64,000 nucleotides of DNA from an uncultured Clostridia bacterium (lineage in GTDB: Bacteria > Bacillota > Clostridia > Oscillospirales > Oscillospiraceae). Numbering within the stretch: position 1 is the stretch's first letter; every line of letters begins with the position of its first letter. Under the pieces are notes generated by a model, which was given only the letters and a program-made list of their open reading frames with translations, was not told where the DNA came from and did no database searches. This document shows, in pieces, positions 47,761-58,323 of this stretch. A program made the position numbers and the translations under genes. Where the stretch lies: contig CAMCNO010000009.1 of NCBI GenBank assembly GCA_945876285.1, forward strand, positions 1,875-65,874. Reading direction: 5' to 3'.

Positions 47761-49107
47761 ATGGACCGTAAACTCAGCGCCAAGGAATATGTATTTTTAT
47801 CCTCTATGCTCTTCGGCCTGTTCTTCGGAGCAGGCAATCTGATTTTCCCCGTCCACATGGGCCAGCAGGCCGGCGCCAATCTGTGGCCCGCCATCGTGGG
47901 CTTCTGCCTCACCGGCGTGGGTCTGCCCCTGCTGGGCATCGCCGCCATGGGCATTTCCAGAAGCGAGGGAATGTTCGACATGGGCTGCAAGGTGGGCCGG
48001 GGGTACAGCTATTTCTTCACCTGCGCCCTGTATCTCTCCATCGGCCCCCTGTTCGCCATCCCCCGTACCGCCACCGTGTCCTTCAGCGTGGGCATCCAGC
48101 CCCTGCTGCCCCAGGAGCACACGGGGCTGGCGCTGTGCGTGTTCTCCGCCCTGTTCTTCCTGGTAGTGCTGTACTTCTCCCTGAAGCCCTCCGGCATCCT
48201 GACCTGGGTCGGCAAAATCCTGAATCCCCTGTTTTTGCTGTTCCTTGGGATTCTGACGGTGACTGCCCTCTTAAAGCCCATGGGGGACGTCTCCGCTCTG
48301 GAGCCCACCGGGACCTACGCCGACATGAGCTTCTTCCAGGGTTTCCTGGACGGCTACAACACCGTGGACGCCCTGGCGGCGCTGGCGTTCGGCATCGTCC
48401 TCATCAACGCCATCCGGGGACTGGGCGTCCAATCGCCCAAGGCCATTTCCGCCAGCACCATCAAGGCCGGCGTGTTCAGCTCCCTGCTGATGGCCGCCAT
48501 CTACTGCGTGCTGACGGTGGTGGGCGCTCAATCCCGGGCGGTCTACGGCATCTGCGCCGACGGCGGCGAGGGCCTGTACCGCATCGGCACCCACTATTTC
48601 GGCTCCTTCGGCGGCGTGCTGCTGGGCATCACGGTGACTTTTGCCTGCCTCAAGACCGCCATCGGCCTCATCACCTCCTGCGCCTCCACCTTTGTGGAGC
48701 TGTTCCCCAGCACCCTCAGCTACCGCTCCTACGCCATCGTGTTCTGCCTGTTCTCCTTCGGCGTGGCCAACTTCGGTCTCAGCCGCATCATCCAGCTCTC
48801 CCTGCCGGTGCTGATGTTCCTCTATCCCCTGACCATCACGCTGATTTTGCTGTGCCTGGCGGGAAACTGGTTCGGCTATGACCGGCGGGTGTTCGTGGCG
48901 GTGACAGTGCCCACCGCTCTGGCCGCCGCCCTGGACTTCCTGAACACCCTGCCGGAGGGCGGCAAGGCCTTCCTCCACGCGGAGACCCTGCTGGCCCCCG
49001 CACGGGCGTACCTGCCCTTCTTCACCTACGGCATGGGCTGGGTGCTGCCCGCCTGCGCGGGACTGGTCATCGGACTGGCGCTGCATTTTGGAAAAAAACA
49101 AGCGTGA
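47761..49107 (+). CDS. brnQ: Branched-chain amino acid:cation symporter
   Basis: FFGAGNLIFP, IGPLFAIPRT, GYNTVDALA, ACLKTAIGL. Confidence 0.93.
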   Translation: MDRKLSAKEYVFLSSMLFGLFFGAGNLIFPVHMGQQAGANLWPAIVGFCLTGVGLPLLGIAAMGISRSEGMFDMGCKVGRGYSYFFTCALYLSIGPLFAIPRTATVSFSVGIQPLLPQEHTGLALCVFSALFFLVVLYFSLKPSGILTWVGKILNPLFLLFLGILTVTALLKPMGDVSALEPTGTYADMSFFQGFLDGYNTVDALAALAFGIVLINAIRGLGVQSPKAISASTIKAGVFSSLLMAAIYCVLTVVGAQSRAVYGICADGGEGLYRIGTHYFGSFGGVLLGITVTFACLKTAIGLITSCASTFVELFPSTLSYRSYAIVFCLFSFGVANFGLSRIIQLSLPVLMFLYPLTITLILLCLAGNWFGYDRRVFVAVTVPTALAAALDFLNTLPEGGKAFLHAETLLAPARAYLPFFTYGMGWVLPACAGLVIGLALHFGKKQA

Positions 49108-49118
49108 AAGATATATGA

Positions 49119-49154
49119 AAAATCCGTGAGAGCAGCACTCTCACGGATTTTTTA
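49119..49154. terminator. Bidirectional terminator
   Basis: AAAATCCGTGAGAG-CAGCA-CTCTCACGGATTTTT. Confidence 0.8.
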
Positions 49155-49158
49155 TGGG

Positions 49159-50097
49159 TCAAAGCACCTCTTTGCAGAAGTCGTCCAGGGCTTTTTCGTA
49201 GGCCGCCGGGTCGGTGTAGCAGCTCATGCCGTGGCCCGCTCCGGGAACGGTCAGCAGCGTCACCGGGGAGGTGCAGGCCTCCCGCAGGGCGGAGGCCATG
49301 GCGCAGGGCACCACGTTGTCCGCCTCGCCGTGGATGAGCAAGACGGGAACGCGGGCGTGCTTCATGGATTCCAGGGCGGAGCACTCCCGCACGTCCAGAT
49401 GCCCGAACAGCTTCGCCCCCAGCCGGGTAAGTTGCCAGGTGGGGAACTGGGGATAGTGCCAGCGGCGCATGGTGTCCCGGAGGATATCCTCCGGGGAGTC
49501 GTAGCCACAGTCGGCGATGATGCCCTTTACCTGGTGCGGCAGGGGCAGGTCGGCAGCCATCAGCACCGTGGCGGCGCCCATGGACACGCCCAGCAGCAAA
49601 ATCTCCGTCTCCGGGCCGAATTTTTCCACCGCCGCGTTGGCCCAGTCCAGGCAGTCGTACCTCTCCCGGATGCCGAAGGTGATGGTATCGCCCTCGCTGT
49701 CGCCGTGGCCCCGCTGGTCCGCCATCAGGACGGAAAAGCCCCGGCGCAGGCAAAGCTGGAAGCCGCCGCTGCCGTCCCGGACCGCCGTGGAGCGGTAGCC
49801 GTGGAAAAAGAGCATCAGGGGCGCGCCGGGATTCCCGGCGTAGTATTTCCCGGAAAGCCGCAGGCCGTCCCGGGAGGTGATGGTGACGGTCTCGTAGGGC
49901 CGGGAGAGCAGGTCGTCGATATTCCGCAGGGTCAGCTCCCGGTGGGGCGCATATGCCTCCCCCTCCGGGACGGAGCGGACAGGAGCAATGCGCTTCGGGT
50001 CCGCCTGGAAGGCGGTGCGGTAGGCATACCACGCGCCGCCCAGGGTCAGGGCCAGCCCTCCCGCCGCCAGGGCGGCCGCTTTTTTGACGGCGCTCAT
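49159..50097 (-). CDS. Alpha/beta hydrolase, N-terminally anchored
   Basis: FHGY, DQRGHGDS, GVSMGA nucleophile, IHGEAD, GAGHG. Confidence 0.87.
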   Translation of the reverse strand: MSAVKKAAALAAGGLALTLGGAWYAYRTAFQADPKRIAPVRSVPEGEAYAPHRELTLRNIDDLLSRPYETVTITSRDGLRLSGKYYAGNPGAPLMLFFHGYRSTAVRDGSGGFQLCLRRGFSVLMADQRGHGDSEGDTITFGIRERYDCLDWANAAVEKFGPETEILLLGVSMGAATVLMAADLPLPHQVKGIIADCGYDSPEDILRDTMRRWHYPQFPTWQLTRLGAKLFGHLDVRECSALESMKHARVPVLLIHGEADNVVPCAMASALREACTSPVTLLTVPGAGHGMSCYTDPAAYEKALDDFCKEVL

Positions 50098-50672
50098 TTC
50101 AGCTCGTCCAGGGTCAGGGCGAAGCTGTCCATAAAGGTGTCCAGGAAGTAGGACACCTCCGGCACTCCGTAGCCCTCCAGCGCCTTGCGGGTCTGGGCAG
50201 CGGCCTCCCGGAACTCCGTGTTCCCGGCCTTCAGCTCCTCCACGCACTTGATGTAGGCGGAGAGCTTGTCCGCCGCCTTGACCAGCATCTCGACTTCCGC
50301 GTCGGCGGGGGTCAGGATAGGGGCATAGACGGTCTGCAGCTCCTCGGGCAGCATATGGAGCAATTTTTTCTCCGCCACCGCCTCCACCTCCTTGTAGGCG
50401 TGCTGGATGGCGGGGTTGTCGTACTTGATGGGGGTGGGCATGTCGCCGGTCAAAATCTCGCTGGCATCGTGATACAGCGCCGCCACCGCCACCGCTCCGG
50501 GGTCGATGGCGCCGCCGAACTTTTCATTGCGGATAACCGCCAGGGCGTGGGCCAGGACCGCCACCTGATGGCTGTGCTCCTGGACGTTTTCCGGGGCGGT
50601 GTTGCGCATCAGCGCCCAGCGCTGGATGAACCGCATCCGGGAGATATAGGCAAAAAAGTGGCTTTTCATCAT
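50094..50672 (-). CDS. yfbR: HD-domain 5'-deoxynucleotidase
   Basis: IQRWALMRN, ENVQEHS, ALYHDASEILTGDMPTPIKY, KAADKL. Confidence 0.9.
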   Translation of the reverse strand: MMKSHFFAYISRMRFIQRWALMRNTAPENVQEHSHQVAVLAHALAVIRNEKFGGAIDPGAVAVAALYHDASEILTGDMPTPIKYDNPAIQHAYKEVEAVAEKKLLHMLPEELQTVYAPILTPADAEVEMLVKAADKLSAYIKCVEELKAGNTEFREAAAQTRKALEGYGVPEVSYFLDTFMDSFALTLDELK

Positions 50673-51959
50673 TCAATCCTCGATTTCTCCAAAGAGTACG
50701 TCGCCGTCGGTGGATGTCACCCGGACGTTCTTCACCACGTTGTGCAGGTTCTCGCCCTCTGCCAGCACCTCCATGTAATTGGGGGCGTGGCCGAAGAACT
50801 TGTCCCCCTTGGGCTGCTCGAACAGCACCGGGTACACCCGGCCCACGCAGCCCTGAAGGTATGCGCTCCGCATCTCCTCCGCCGCGGCGGCGGCCCGGCG
50901 GGCCCGCTCCTCCTTCACGCTCTTGGGCACCTGCTCCATCTTCGCCGCCGGGGTGCCGGGGCGGACGGAGTAGGGGAAGATGTGCATCTGGGCGAAGCCG
51001 CAGGCACGGATGAAATCCAGGGACTGGGCGAACTCCTCCTCCGTCTCCTCCGGGAAGCCCACGATCATGTCGGTGGTGACGGCGGGATGGTCAAAGTATT
51101 GATTCAAAAGCGCGACAGACCGGGCAAAGCGGGCGGTGTCGTACTTCCGGTTCATGCGCTTCAGTGTGGCGTCACAGCCGCTCTGCATGGACAGGTGGAA
51201 CTGGGGACACAGGTCCGGCAGGGCGGCGGCACGGCGGCAGAAGTCCTCCGTGATCGTTCTCGGCTCCAGGCTGCCCAACCGGACACGGACGCCGGGGGCA
51301 GCGGCGCAGATGGCCTCCACCAGGTCGATAAGGGTCTGGCCCGTTTTCAGGTCCTTGCCCCAGGAGGAAATTTCGATGCCCGTCAGGACGATCTCCCGGT
51401 AGCCGTCGGCGGCCAGGCCCGCCGCCTGCTCCACCGCCTTGTCCAGGGGCAGGGAGCGCACCGGGCCGCGGGCGTAGGGGATGATGCAGTAGGTGCAGAA
51501 GTTGACGCAGCCGTCCTCCACCTTCAGCATGGCCCGGGTCCGCTCGCTCATACCGCCGGCGGGCAGCACCTCGAACACCCGGCGCTCGAAGGACTTGTCG
51601 ATGGCCTCCAGGTGCCGCTTCTCCGCCACCGCCTGCTCTAAAAGGCCGATGAAGCCGGTGCGGTCGCCGGTTCCGGCGATGAGGTCCACGTCCAGCTTCC
51701 GCACGTCGTCAGCGTGGGTCTGGGGGTAGCAGCCGCAGACCGCCACCACCGCGCCGGGATGCTCCCGGCGGGCCCGGTGGAGCACCTGCCGGGACTTCTG
51801 GTCGCTAACCGCCGTGACGGAGCAGGTGTTCACCACGTAGGCGTCCGCCGGGTCGGCAAAGTCCACGACCTCGTGGCCCCTGGCCCGGAGGGACTGCTCC
51901 ATGGCCTGGGTCTCATATTGATTCACCTTACATCCAAGGGTGTAAATAGCAACTTTCAT
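50673..51959 (-). CDS. mtaB: tRNA t6A37 methylthiotransferase
   Basis: TLGCKVNQYET, NTCSVT, radical SAM CVNFCTYC, HIFPYS. Confidence 0.92.
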   Translation of the reverse strand: MKVAIYTLGCKVNQYETQAMEQSLRARGHEVVDFADPADAYVVNTCSVTAVSDQKSRQVLHRARREHPGAVVAVCGCYPQTHADDVRKLDVDLIAGTGDRTGFIGLLEQAVAEKRHLEAIDKSFERRVFEVLPAGGMSERTRAMLKVEDGCVNFCTYCIIPYARGPVRSLPLDKAVEQAAGLAADGYREIVLTGIEISSWGKDLKTGQTLIDLVEAICAAAPGVRVRLGSLEPRTITEDFCRRAAALPDLCPQFHLSMQSGCDATLKRMNRKYDTARFARSVALLNQYFDHPAVTTDMIVGFPEETEEEFAQSLDFIRACGFAQMHIFPYSVRPGTPAAKMEQVPKSVKEERARRAAAAAEEMRSAYLQGCVGRVYPVLFEQPKGDKFFGHAPNYMEVLAEGENLHNVVKNVRVTSTDGDVLFGEIED

Positions 51960-52071
51960 CGGTTTCTCCTTGCGCTTTTTTGAAATTCTATATATAATGA
52001 GAAACTGCGCTCTGATTGTATTATTATACGTTGATTTTCTCTCAAGGGCAAGACAAAAGGAGATTTTTGAT

Positions 52072-53205
52072 ATGATCTATCTGGACCACGCCGCCACCAC
52101 CCCCGTCCCCCGGGAGGTGGCGGACGCCATGTACGCCGTACTGACGGAGCAGTACGGCAACCCCAGCTCCCAGTATCCCATGGGAGCCGACATGAAAAAG
52201 CAGGTGGAGCTCTGGCGGAAAACCGTGGCGGGCGCCCTGGGCTGCCAGCCGGAGCAGCTCTTCTTCACCGCCTGCGGCACCGAGGGCGACAACTGGGCCG
52301 TCACCGCCGCCTGCTGGCAGAACCGGCATTTGGGCAAGCATATCGTCACCACGGCGGTGGAGCACAGCGCCGTGCTGGAGGCCTGCAAGTGGATGGCGCA
52401 GCAGGGGTATGAGGTGACGTATCTCTCCCCCGACGGAAACGGGAACATCACGGCGGAGCAGGTGCTGGAGGCCGTGCGGCCTGACACGGCGCTGGTCTCC
52501 GTCATGTTGGTGAACAACGAGACGGGAAATGTGTACCCCATCGCGGACATCGCCCAGGGCCTTGCGGCGAAGAACCCCAGGACGCTGCTCCACACCGACG
52601 CGGTGCAGGGCTTTTTGAAGATGCCCTTCACCGCCAAAACGTTGGGGGCGGACTTCATCACCATCTCCGGCCACAAAATTGGCGGGCCCAAGGGCGTGGG
52701 GGCGCTGTACATCGGCCCCAGGGTTCGGAATCCCCGGCCCCTGCTGGCGGGGGGCGGCCAGGAGAAGGGCCTCCGGTCCGGCACTGAGGCCACGGCCCAG
52801 ATCGCAGGCTTTGCCAAGGCGGTGGAGCTGCGGACGGAGGACTTGGACAACAAGCTGGCTCACATGGCCCGCATCAAGGAATATGCGAAAGAAAAGCTGG
52901 CGGTCATCCCCGACCTCCAGTTCATCGGAGACGGCACCGCGCCTCACGTGCTGGCGGTGTCTCTGGTGGGCTGGCCCAGTCAGAACATCGTCAACGACCT
53001 GGGCAGCCAGGGCATCTGCATCTCCGCCGGGTCCGCCTGCCATCAGGGCAAGCCCAGCCATGTGGTGGCATCCCTGAAGCTGCCGAAAAAGGTGGCGGGA
53101 GGCGTTATCCGGCTGAGCTTCGGCCCGGAGACCACCGAAGCGGACATCGACGAGTGCGTCGAGGCCCTCCGCAAGCATCACGACACCCGGATGCCCATGC
53201 TGTAA
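52072..53205 (+). CDS. Cysteine desulfurase (IscS/NifS-type)
   Basis: YLDHAATT, NNETG, SGHKIGGPKG, RSGT, SAGSAC. Confidence 0.9.
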   Translation: MIYLDHAATTPVPREVADAMYAVLTEQYGNPSSQYPMGADMKKQVELWRKTVAGALGCQPEQLFFTACGTEGDNWAVTAACWQNRHLGKHIVTTAVEHSAVLEACKWMAQQGYEVTYLSPDGNGNITAEQVLEAVRPDTALVSVMLVNNETGNVYPIADIAQGLAAKNPRTLLHTDAVQGFLKMPFTAKTLGADFITISGHKIGGPKGVGALYIGPRVRNPRPLLAGGGQEKGLRSGTEATAQIAGFAKAVELRTEDLDNKLAHMARIKEYAKEKLAVIPDLQFIGDGTAPHVLAVSLVGWPSQNIVNDLGSQGICISAGSACHQGKPSHVVASLKLPKKVAGGVIRLSFGPETTEADIDECVEALRKHHDTRMPML

Positions 53206-53266
53206 CATACTTGACAGGCCCTATCCTGCTAAAAAAACTCATATATTGTTCTAAAAGGTTTTTATT

Positions 53267-54655
53267 ATGTTCAACTGTCTTCGCCGGGAGCCCGGCTTTT
53301 ACAAGCGGCTGTGGATGCTGTCCCTGCCGGTCATTCTGCAAAACCTCATCACCTTCTCCCTGGGGCTCATCGACACCTTCATGGTCAGTCAGCTGGGCAA
53401 CGAGGAGATGGCTGCCGTGTCCTCCGCCAACGTGCCGGTGTTTCTGCTCATCAGCATCGTGTTTGGCGTCCAGAGCGGCCTGGGCATCCTGGTGAGCCAA
53501 TACTGGGGCAAGGGCGATGTCAAGAGCATCAACCGCGCCCTGGGCGTGGCCTGCTTTCTTGGCACCGGCGTTACCGCCGTGCTGGCGGCAGTGTTCGCCC
53601 TGTTCCCGGTGCAGGTGATGGACCTGCTGTCCAACCGCCACGACCTGAGCCTGCTGGGAGCGCCATACCTCCAGATCATCGGCTTTTCCTATGTGTTCAA
53701 TATGCTCTCCTCTCTCTACGCCAGCGCCCAGCGCAGCGTGGAGAACGCCTCCTTCGGCATGAAGGTGTTCGGCTTCTCCACGGTGCTGAATACCGTGCTG
53801 AACTATCTGCTCATTTTCGGCCACGGCGGCTTCCCGGCGATGGGCGTCCGGGGCGCGGCTGTCGCCACGCTGCTGGCCCGGATGAGCGAATTTCTCATCT
53901 GCGTGGTCTGCGCCCTCCGCAGCAAGCTCATTCCCCTGGACCTGGGCTGCTTCCTGCGGCCCGGCATGGAGATGGTGGCCCGGTTTTTGAAATACGCCTC
54001 CCCTGTGGTGCTGAATGAGGCCGCCTGGGGCCTGGGCAACTCCCTGCTGACGGTCATCCTGGGCTACACCGACAACTCCGTGGAAATGCTGGCAGCCAAC
54101 GCCGTCATGGGCAATCTGAACCGATTGTTCTTAGTGGTTTGCTTCGGCCTGGGCGCGGCTACGGCGGTCATGGTGGGCAAGGCCATCGGCGAGGGAAAAT
54201 CCAAGGAAGATGTCATGTCTCTGAGCCAGGCGCTGCTGTGGTTCGCCGTGCTGGTGGGCGGCGCCGTGGGGCTGGTTGCTCTGGCGCTGGTGCCCACGGT
54301 GTTCATCCCTATTATTTTTCCCATGTTCAAGCTGTTCGGCCAGTCCGCCGCCATCGCCGCGGCCATGGCGGTGACGGCCTTCGCCGCCATCCCCCTCCAC
54401 GCCTACGCCATCTCCGCAGTTACCGGCGTACTGCGCTCAGGCGGCGACGTGGCCTTCTCCACCGCGCTGGACCTGGCGCCCCAGTGGCTGCTGTGCCTGC
54501 CGCTGACCGCCCTGTGCGCCCTGGTGCTGAAAACTGGGGCCTGGCCCATCGCCATTGCCATTCAAATCGAGTGCGTGGTCAAGTCCCCGCTGTGCGCCTG
54601 GCGCATCGGCGGCGGCAAGTGGATACACGACGTAACGAGGGGGCGCGAGGTATGA
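53267..54655 (+). CDS. MATE family transporter
   Basis: IDTFMVSQLG, GVRGAAVAT, LRSGGD. Confidence 0.88.
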   Translation: MFNCLRREPGFYKRLWMLSLPVILQNLITFSLGLIDTFMVSQLGNEEMAAVSSANVPVFLLISIVFGVQSGLGILVSQYWGKGDVKSINRALGVACFLGTGVTAVLAAVFALFPVQVMDLLSNRHDLSLLGAPYLQIIGFSYVFNMLSSLYASAQRSVENASFGMKVFGFSTVLNTVLNYLLIFGHGGFPAMGVRGAAVATLLARMSEFLICVVCALRSKLIPLDLGCFLRPGMEMVARFLKYASPVVLNEAAWGLGNSLLTVILGYTDNSVEMLAANAVMGNLNRLFLVVCFGLGAATAVMVGKAIGEGKSKEDVMSLSQALLWFAVLVGGAVGLVALALVPTVFIPIIFPMFKLFGQSAAIAAAMAVTAFAAIPLHAYAISAVTGVLRSGGDVAFSTALDLAPQWLLCLPLTALCALVLKTGAWPIAIAIQIECVVKSPLCAWRIGGGKWIHDVTRGREV

Positions 54656-55476
54656 GTTTGTTCCGCTGTCCCGTCTGCGGCGGGCCGCTGGAGCGGGAGG
54701 CCCGGGCCTACCGCTGCGAAAAGGGCCACAGCTACGACATTTCCAGGGAGGGTTACACCTACCTGCTGCCGCCCAACCAGAAGCACTCCGCCGCCCCCGG
54801 CGACGACAAGGGCATGGCGGCGGCACGGCGGGAGTTTTTGTCCAAGGGCTACTACCAGCCGTTGCTGGACACGCTCTGCCGGGAAATTCTGGCCCGGGCC
54901 GGAGCTGCCCCCGCCATTCTGGACACCGGCTGCGGCGAGGGGTACTACACCGCCGGGGTGTACCGGGCATTGCTGGAGGCCGGAAAAGCGCCCCGGATGG
55001 CGGGCATTGACATCTCCAAATTCATCCTCCGCTACGCCGCCAGGCGGGAAAAGGCCGTGGAGTTCGCCGTGGCGTCCTCCTACCGCCTGCCGGTGGCGGA
55101 CGGCAGCGTGGACATTCTGTTAAACTGCTTCTCCCCCCTGGCACTGGAGGAGTTCCGGCGGGTGCTGCGCCCCGGCGGGACGTTTCTCTACGTGGTCCCG
55201 GCGGCGGACCACCTGTGGGAGTTGAAAGAGATATTGTACGAGCGGCCGTATCCCAACGAGGAAAAGGAGACGCCCTATGAGGGCTTTGACTACGAGGCCA
55301 TCGTGCCTGTGGATGCCCGCATTTCCCTGGAAAGCCAGGCGGACATCCACGCCCTGTTTCAGATGACGCCTTACTACTGGAAAACGCCGAAGGATGGCTC
55401 CGAGCGGCTGGCGGTGCTGGATACGCTGGACTGCCGCATCGCTTTCCGCGTCCATATTTTCCGAAAAAAGGCATAG
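54652..55476 (+). CDS. RlmA-like rRNA m1G methyltransferase
   Basis: Zn finger CPVC..CEKGHSYD, LDTGCGEGYY, QMTPYYW; ATGA overlap with the MATE gene. Confidence 0.85.
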   Translation: MSLFRCPVCGGPLEREARAYRCEKGHSYDISREGYTYLLPPNQKHSAAPGDDKGMAAARREFLSKGYYQPLLDTLCREILARAGAAPAILDTGCGEGYYTAGVYRALLEAGKAPRMAGIDISKFILRYAARREKAVEFAVASSYRLPVADGSVDILLNCFSPLALEEFRRVLRPGGTFLYVVPAADHLWELKEILYERPYPNEEKETPYEGFDYEAIVPVDARISLESQADIHALFQMTPYYWKTPKDGSERLAVLDTLDCRIAFRVHIFRKKA

Positions 55477-55514
55477 AAGAACCGGATGTCCGTGGACATC
55501 CGGTTCTTTGACGT

Positions 55515-56129
55515 TTATTTCGGCTGAAACGCGGGCACCAGCATCCCCGCCGTCTCCGCCGTCACCTCAAAGGACGGGCCGGACAGGCAGTGAATGGTTT
55601 CCACAGGCCACAAACGGAGGAAATCCTCCACCCCCGCCACGTTGGGCAGGCCGTAGGGAGCGTGATGGTAGTGCATGGGGATGACGCACCGGGGACGCAG
55701 GGTGTCGCAGACCGCCTTGGCTCCGGCGGCATCCACGGTGTAGACGCCGCCCACGGGAACCAGCACCGCGTCCACGCTTCCGATGGCTTCGAGCTGCTCT
55801 GCCGAGAGCTGATGGCCCAGGTCGCCCAGGTGGGCCACGGACACGCCGCCGGCAGTGAACACCCGGACGGTGTTGCTGCCCCGGAGGGCGCCGCCCTGCT
55901 CATCGTGGCAGGTCTCCACCTCCCGGACGGTGAAGGGAGACTTCACCGGGGGCAGCATCGTCACGGCGTCCACGGCATCGTGGTCGAAGTGGTGATGGCT
56001 GCAACAGACGGCGTGGGCGGAGACGGACAGGGGCGGATAGCCCTCCACGCCGGTGTAGGGGTCGGTGACGATGCGATAGCCGTCCTGCTCCAGCAGGAAA
56101 CAGGAGTGGCCCAGCCAGGTGAGCTTCAT
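55515..56129 (-). CDS. MBL-fold metallo-hydrolase
   Basis: WLGHSCF, SHHHFDH, HLGDLG, IPMHY. Confidence 0.88.
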   Translation of the reverse strand: MKLTWLGHSCFLLEQDGYRIVTDPYTGVEGYPPLSVSAHAVCCSHHHFDHDAVDAVTMLPPVKSPFTVREVETCHDEQGGALRGSNTVRVFTAGGVSVAHLGDLGHQLSAEQLEAIGSVDAVLVPVGGVYTVDAAGAKAVCDTLRPRCVIPMHYHHAPYGLPNVAGVEDFLRLWPVETIHCLSGPSFEVTAETAGMLVPAFQPK

Positions 56130-56168
56130 AGAGGCGGCCTCCTTTGGTGGATGTTGCTCTCTATTTTA

Positions 56169-57086
56169 TCAGGGCTTTCCCGGATTGTCATCCGTTTTTT
56201 TTGCCTTGCGGCGCTTGCGGAGGACGCGAACTACCGCGACTGCCACAACGACCAGAATCAGCACCCACATCCAGCCGTAGGCCAGGGCCACGGCGAAGTT
56301 CTCGATGGCGTCCGTGAAATTCGACCAGCCGCCGCTGAAGGCCTTGCCCAGACGGCTCATAAAGCTGTCAGGGACCTCCTCCACGTTGGAGAGCTTGTAG
56401 ACCTCGCTGAGAGAGATGGACACGGTGGCGTAGTCCACCTTGCCGTCATAGTGCCGCAGGGTGCCGGAGAGGTCGTCGATCATCTGCTCCGTCTCGGAGA
56501 TGGCGGACTCGATGGTGATGATGTCCTCCATGTTCTCCGCCTTGGCCAGCAACGCCTGGAGCCGCTCCAGCTTGATCTGCTGTGTCTTCAGGCGGCCCTG
56601 GGTGTCGTAATACCGCTCGCTGATGTCCTCCTGCTGGGCATCCCGCCAGGTCTCATGGCACAGCGCACCTGCCTGGTCCAAAAACGCCTGGTACTTCTCC
56701 GCCGGAATGCGGACGGTGTACTCCGCCCAGCGGCCATTGCTCCGCTTGCCCACGCTGCTGGACTCGAAGTAGCCGCCCATCTGCTCCGTCAGGTCCGTCA
56801 GGCCCTGGACAGCCTTCTCAAAGTCGGTGGTCTCCAGATTCATCTGGGCGGTGCGGATGAGCTTCTGCCCTGCGGGGTAGGCCGCGCCGCCGTTGGTACT
56901 GCCGGAGGCGGTGCTGCCGAAGTCAAAGCCCATCTCCTCCGCCATTCCCGGCTCCATGGGATACGCCATATCCGCAGTGGAGGAGGGAGCCTCCGCCGTG
57001 AACTCCGCCGATTTGCTGCCGCCGCAGGCGGCCAGGGACAGTACCAATACCAGTGTCAAAAACAATACAAACAACTTTCTTTTCAC
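56169..57086 (-). CDS. DUF4349-type lipoprotein with C-terminal TM
   Basis: Lipobox LAAC; KLIRTA, TVRIPA, EDISERYYD, coiled coil, VDYATV; GTG start after GGAGG. Confidence 0.8.
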   Translation of the reverse strand: MKRKLFVLFLTLVLVLSLAACGGSKSAEFTAEAPSSTADMAYPMEPGMAEEMGFDFGSTASGSTNGGAAYPAGQKLIRTAQMNLETTDFEKAVQGLTDLTEQMGGYFESSSVGKRSNGRWAEYTVRIPAEKYQAFLDQAGALCHETWRDAQQEDISERYYDTQGRLKTQQIKLERLQALLAKAENMEDIITIESAISETEQMIDDLSGTLRHYDGKVDYATVSISLSEVYKLSNVEEVPDSFMSRLGKAFSGGWSNFTDAIENFAVALAYGWMWVLILVVVAVAVVRVLRKRRKAKKTDDNPGKP

Positions 57087-57252
57087 GTTCCATCCTCCTT
57101 TTTTCGCCCCCGCTCTTCCAAAACAGGGCCATTTACTGGTACAGACGAAAAAAACAGGCAAAATGTTCCGTCTTTTTCCGCCGTATCTTGCCTTTTTTTG
57201 CCCAGTGGAGTAAAATATCCCTGCTTGAACAATTGGAATGGAGGAACAACAT

Positions 57253-58272
57253 ATGACATATCAGGAGATCCTGGCCAACGCCCGCACCTGCATGGGGCCC
57301 TACTGCAAGTCCTGCCCCACCTGCAACGGCCTGGCCTGCAAGAACAGCATCCCCGGCCCCGGCGCCAAGGGCATCGGCACCGGCTTCATCCGCAACTACC
57401 AGAAGTGGCAGGAGCTGTGCGTGAACATGGACACCATCTGCGAGAACAAGCCCGTGGACACGTCCTTTGAGCTGTTCGGCCACAAGGTGGCTCTGCCCGT
57501 GTTCGCCGCCCCCGTGGGCGCCATGCAGCTCCACTACGGCGACAAGTACAACGATCTTCAGTATAACGATATCCTGGTGCCCGCCTGTGCCCAGGCCGGT
57601 ATCGCCGCCTTCACCGGCGACGGCACCAACCCCGCCGTCATGGAGGGCGCCGCCGAAGCCCTGAAAAAGAGCGGCGGCTGCGGCGTGCCCACCGTGAAGC
57701 CCTGGAACATGGACACCATCCGGGAGAAGATGGAGCTGGTGAAGGCCGCCGATCCCTTTGCCATTGCCATGGACATCGACGCCGCGGGTCTGCCCTTCCT
57801 GAAGAACCTGACGCCCCCCGCCGGCAGCAAGACGGTGGAGGAGCTGAAGGAGATCGCCGCCATGGCGGGCAAGCCCTTCATCCTCAAGGGCATCATGACC
57901 GTCAGCGGCGCGCTGAAGGCTCTGGAGGCCGGGGCCAGCGGCATCGTGGTCTCCAACCACGGCGGCCGTGTGCTGGACCAGTGCCCCGCCACCGCCGAGG
58001 TGCTGCCCGCCATCGTGGACGCCGTGGGCGGCAGGATGACCGTCCTGGTGGACGGCGGCATCCGCACCGGCATGGACGTGTTCAAGGCCCTGGCCCTGGG
58101 CGCCGACGCGGTGCTCATCGGCCGTCCCTTCGTGAACATGGTCTACGGCGGCGGCGCTGAGGGCGTGCAGGTGTATGTGGACAAGCTGAAGGCCGAGCTG
58201 GCCGACACCATGGCCATGTGCGGCGCCCACAGCCTCAGCGACATCAAGCGCTCCATGATCTACGGCTACTGA
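57253..58272 (+). CDS. FMN-dependent alpha-hydroxy acid oxidase/dehydrogenase
   Basis: ILKGI, VSNHGGR, VDGGIRTG, IGRP; N-terminal CKSCPTCNGLAC. Confidence 0.9.
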   Translation: MTYQEILANARTCMGPYCKSCPTCNGLACKNSIPGPGAKGIGTGFIRNYQKWQELCVNMDTICENKPVDTSFELFGHKVALPVFAAPVGAMQLHYGDKYNDLQYNDILVPACAQAGIAAFTGDGTNPAVMEGAAEALKKSGGCGVPTVKPWNMDTIREKMELVKAADPFAIAMDIDAAGLPFLKNLTPPAGSKTVEELKEIAAMAGKPFILKGIMTVSGALKALEAGASGIVVSNHGGRVLDQCPATAEVLPAIVDAVGGRMTVLVDGGIRTGMDVFKALALGADAVLIGRPFVNMVYGGGAEGVQVYVDKLKAELADTMAMCGAHSLSDIKRSMIYGY

Positions 58273-58323
58273 GATATGGAAAAAGGACTGCTTTCCCCTG
58301 TGGGAAGGCAGTCCTCTTCTTTC

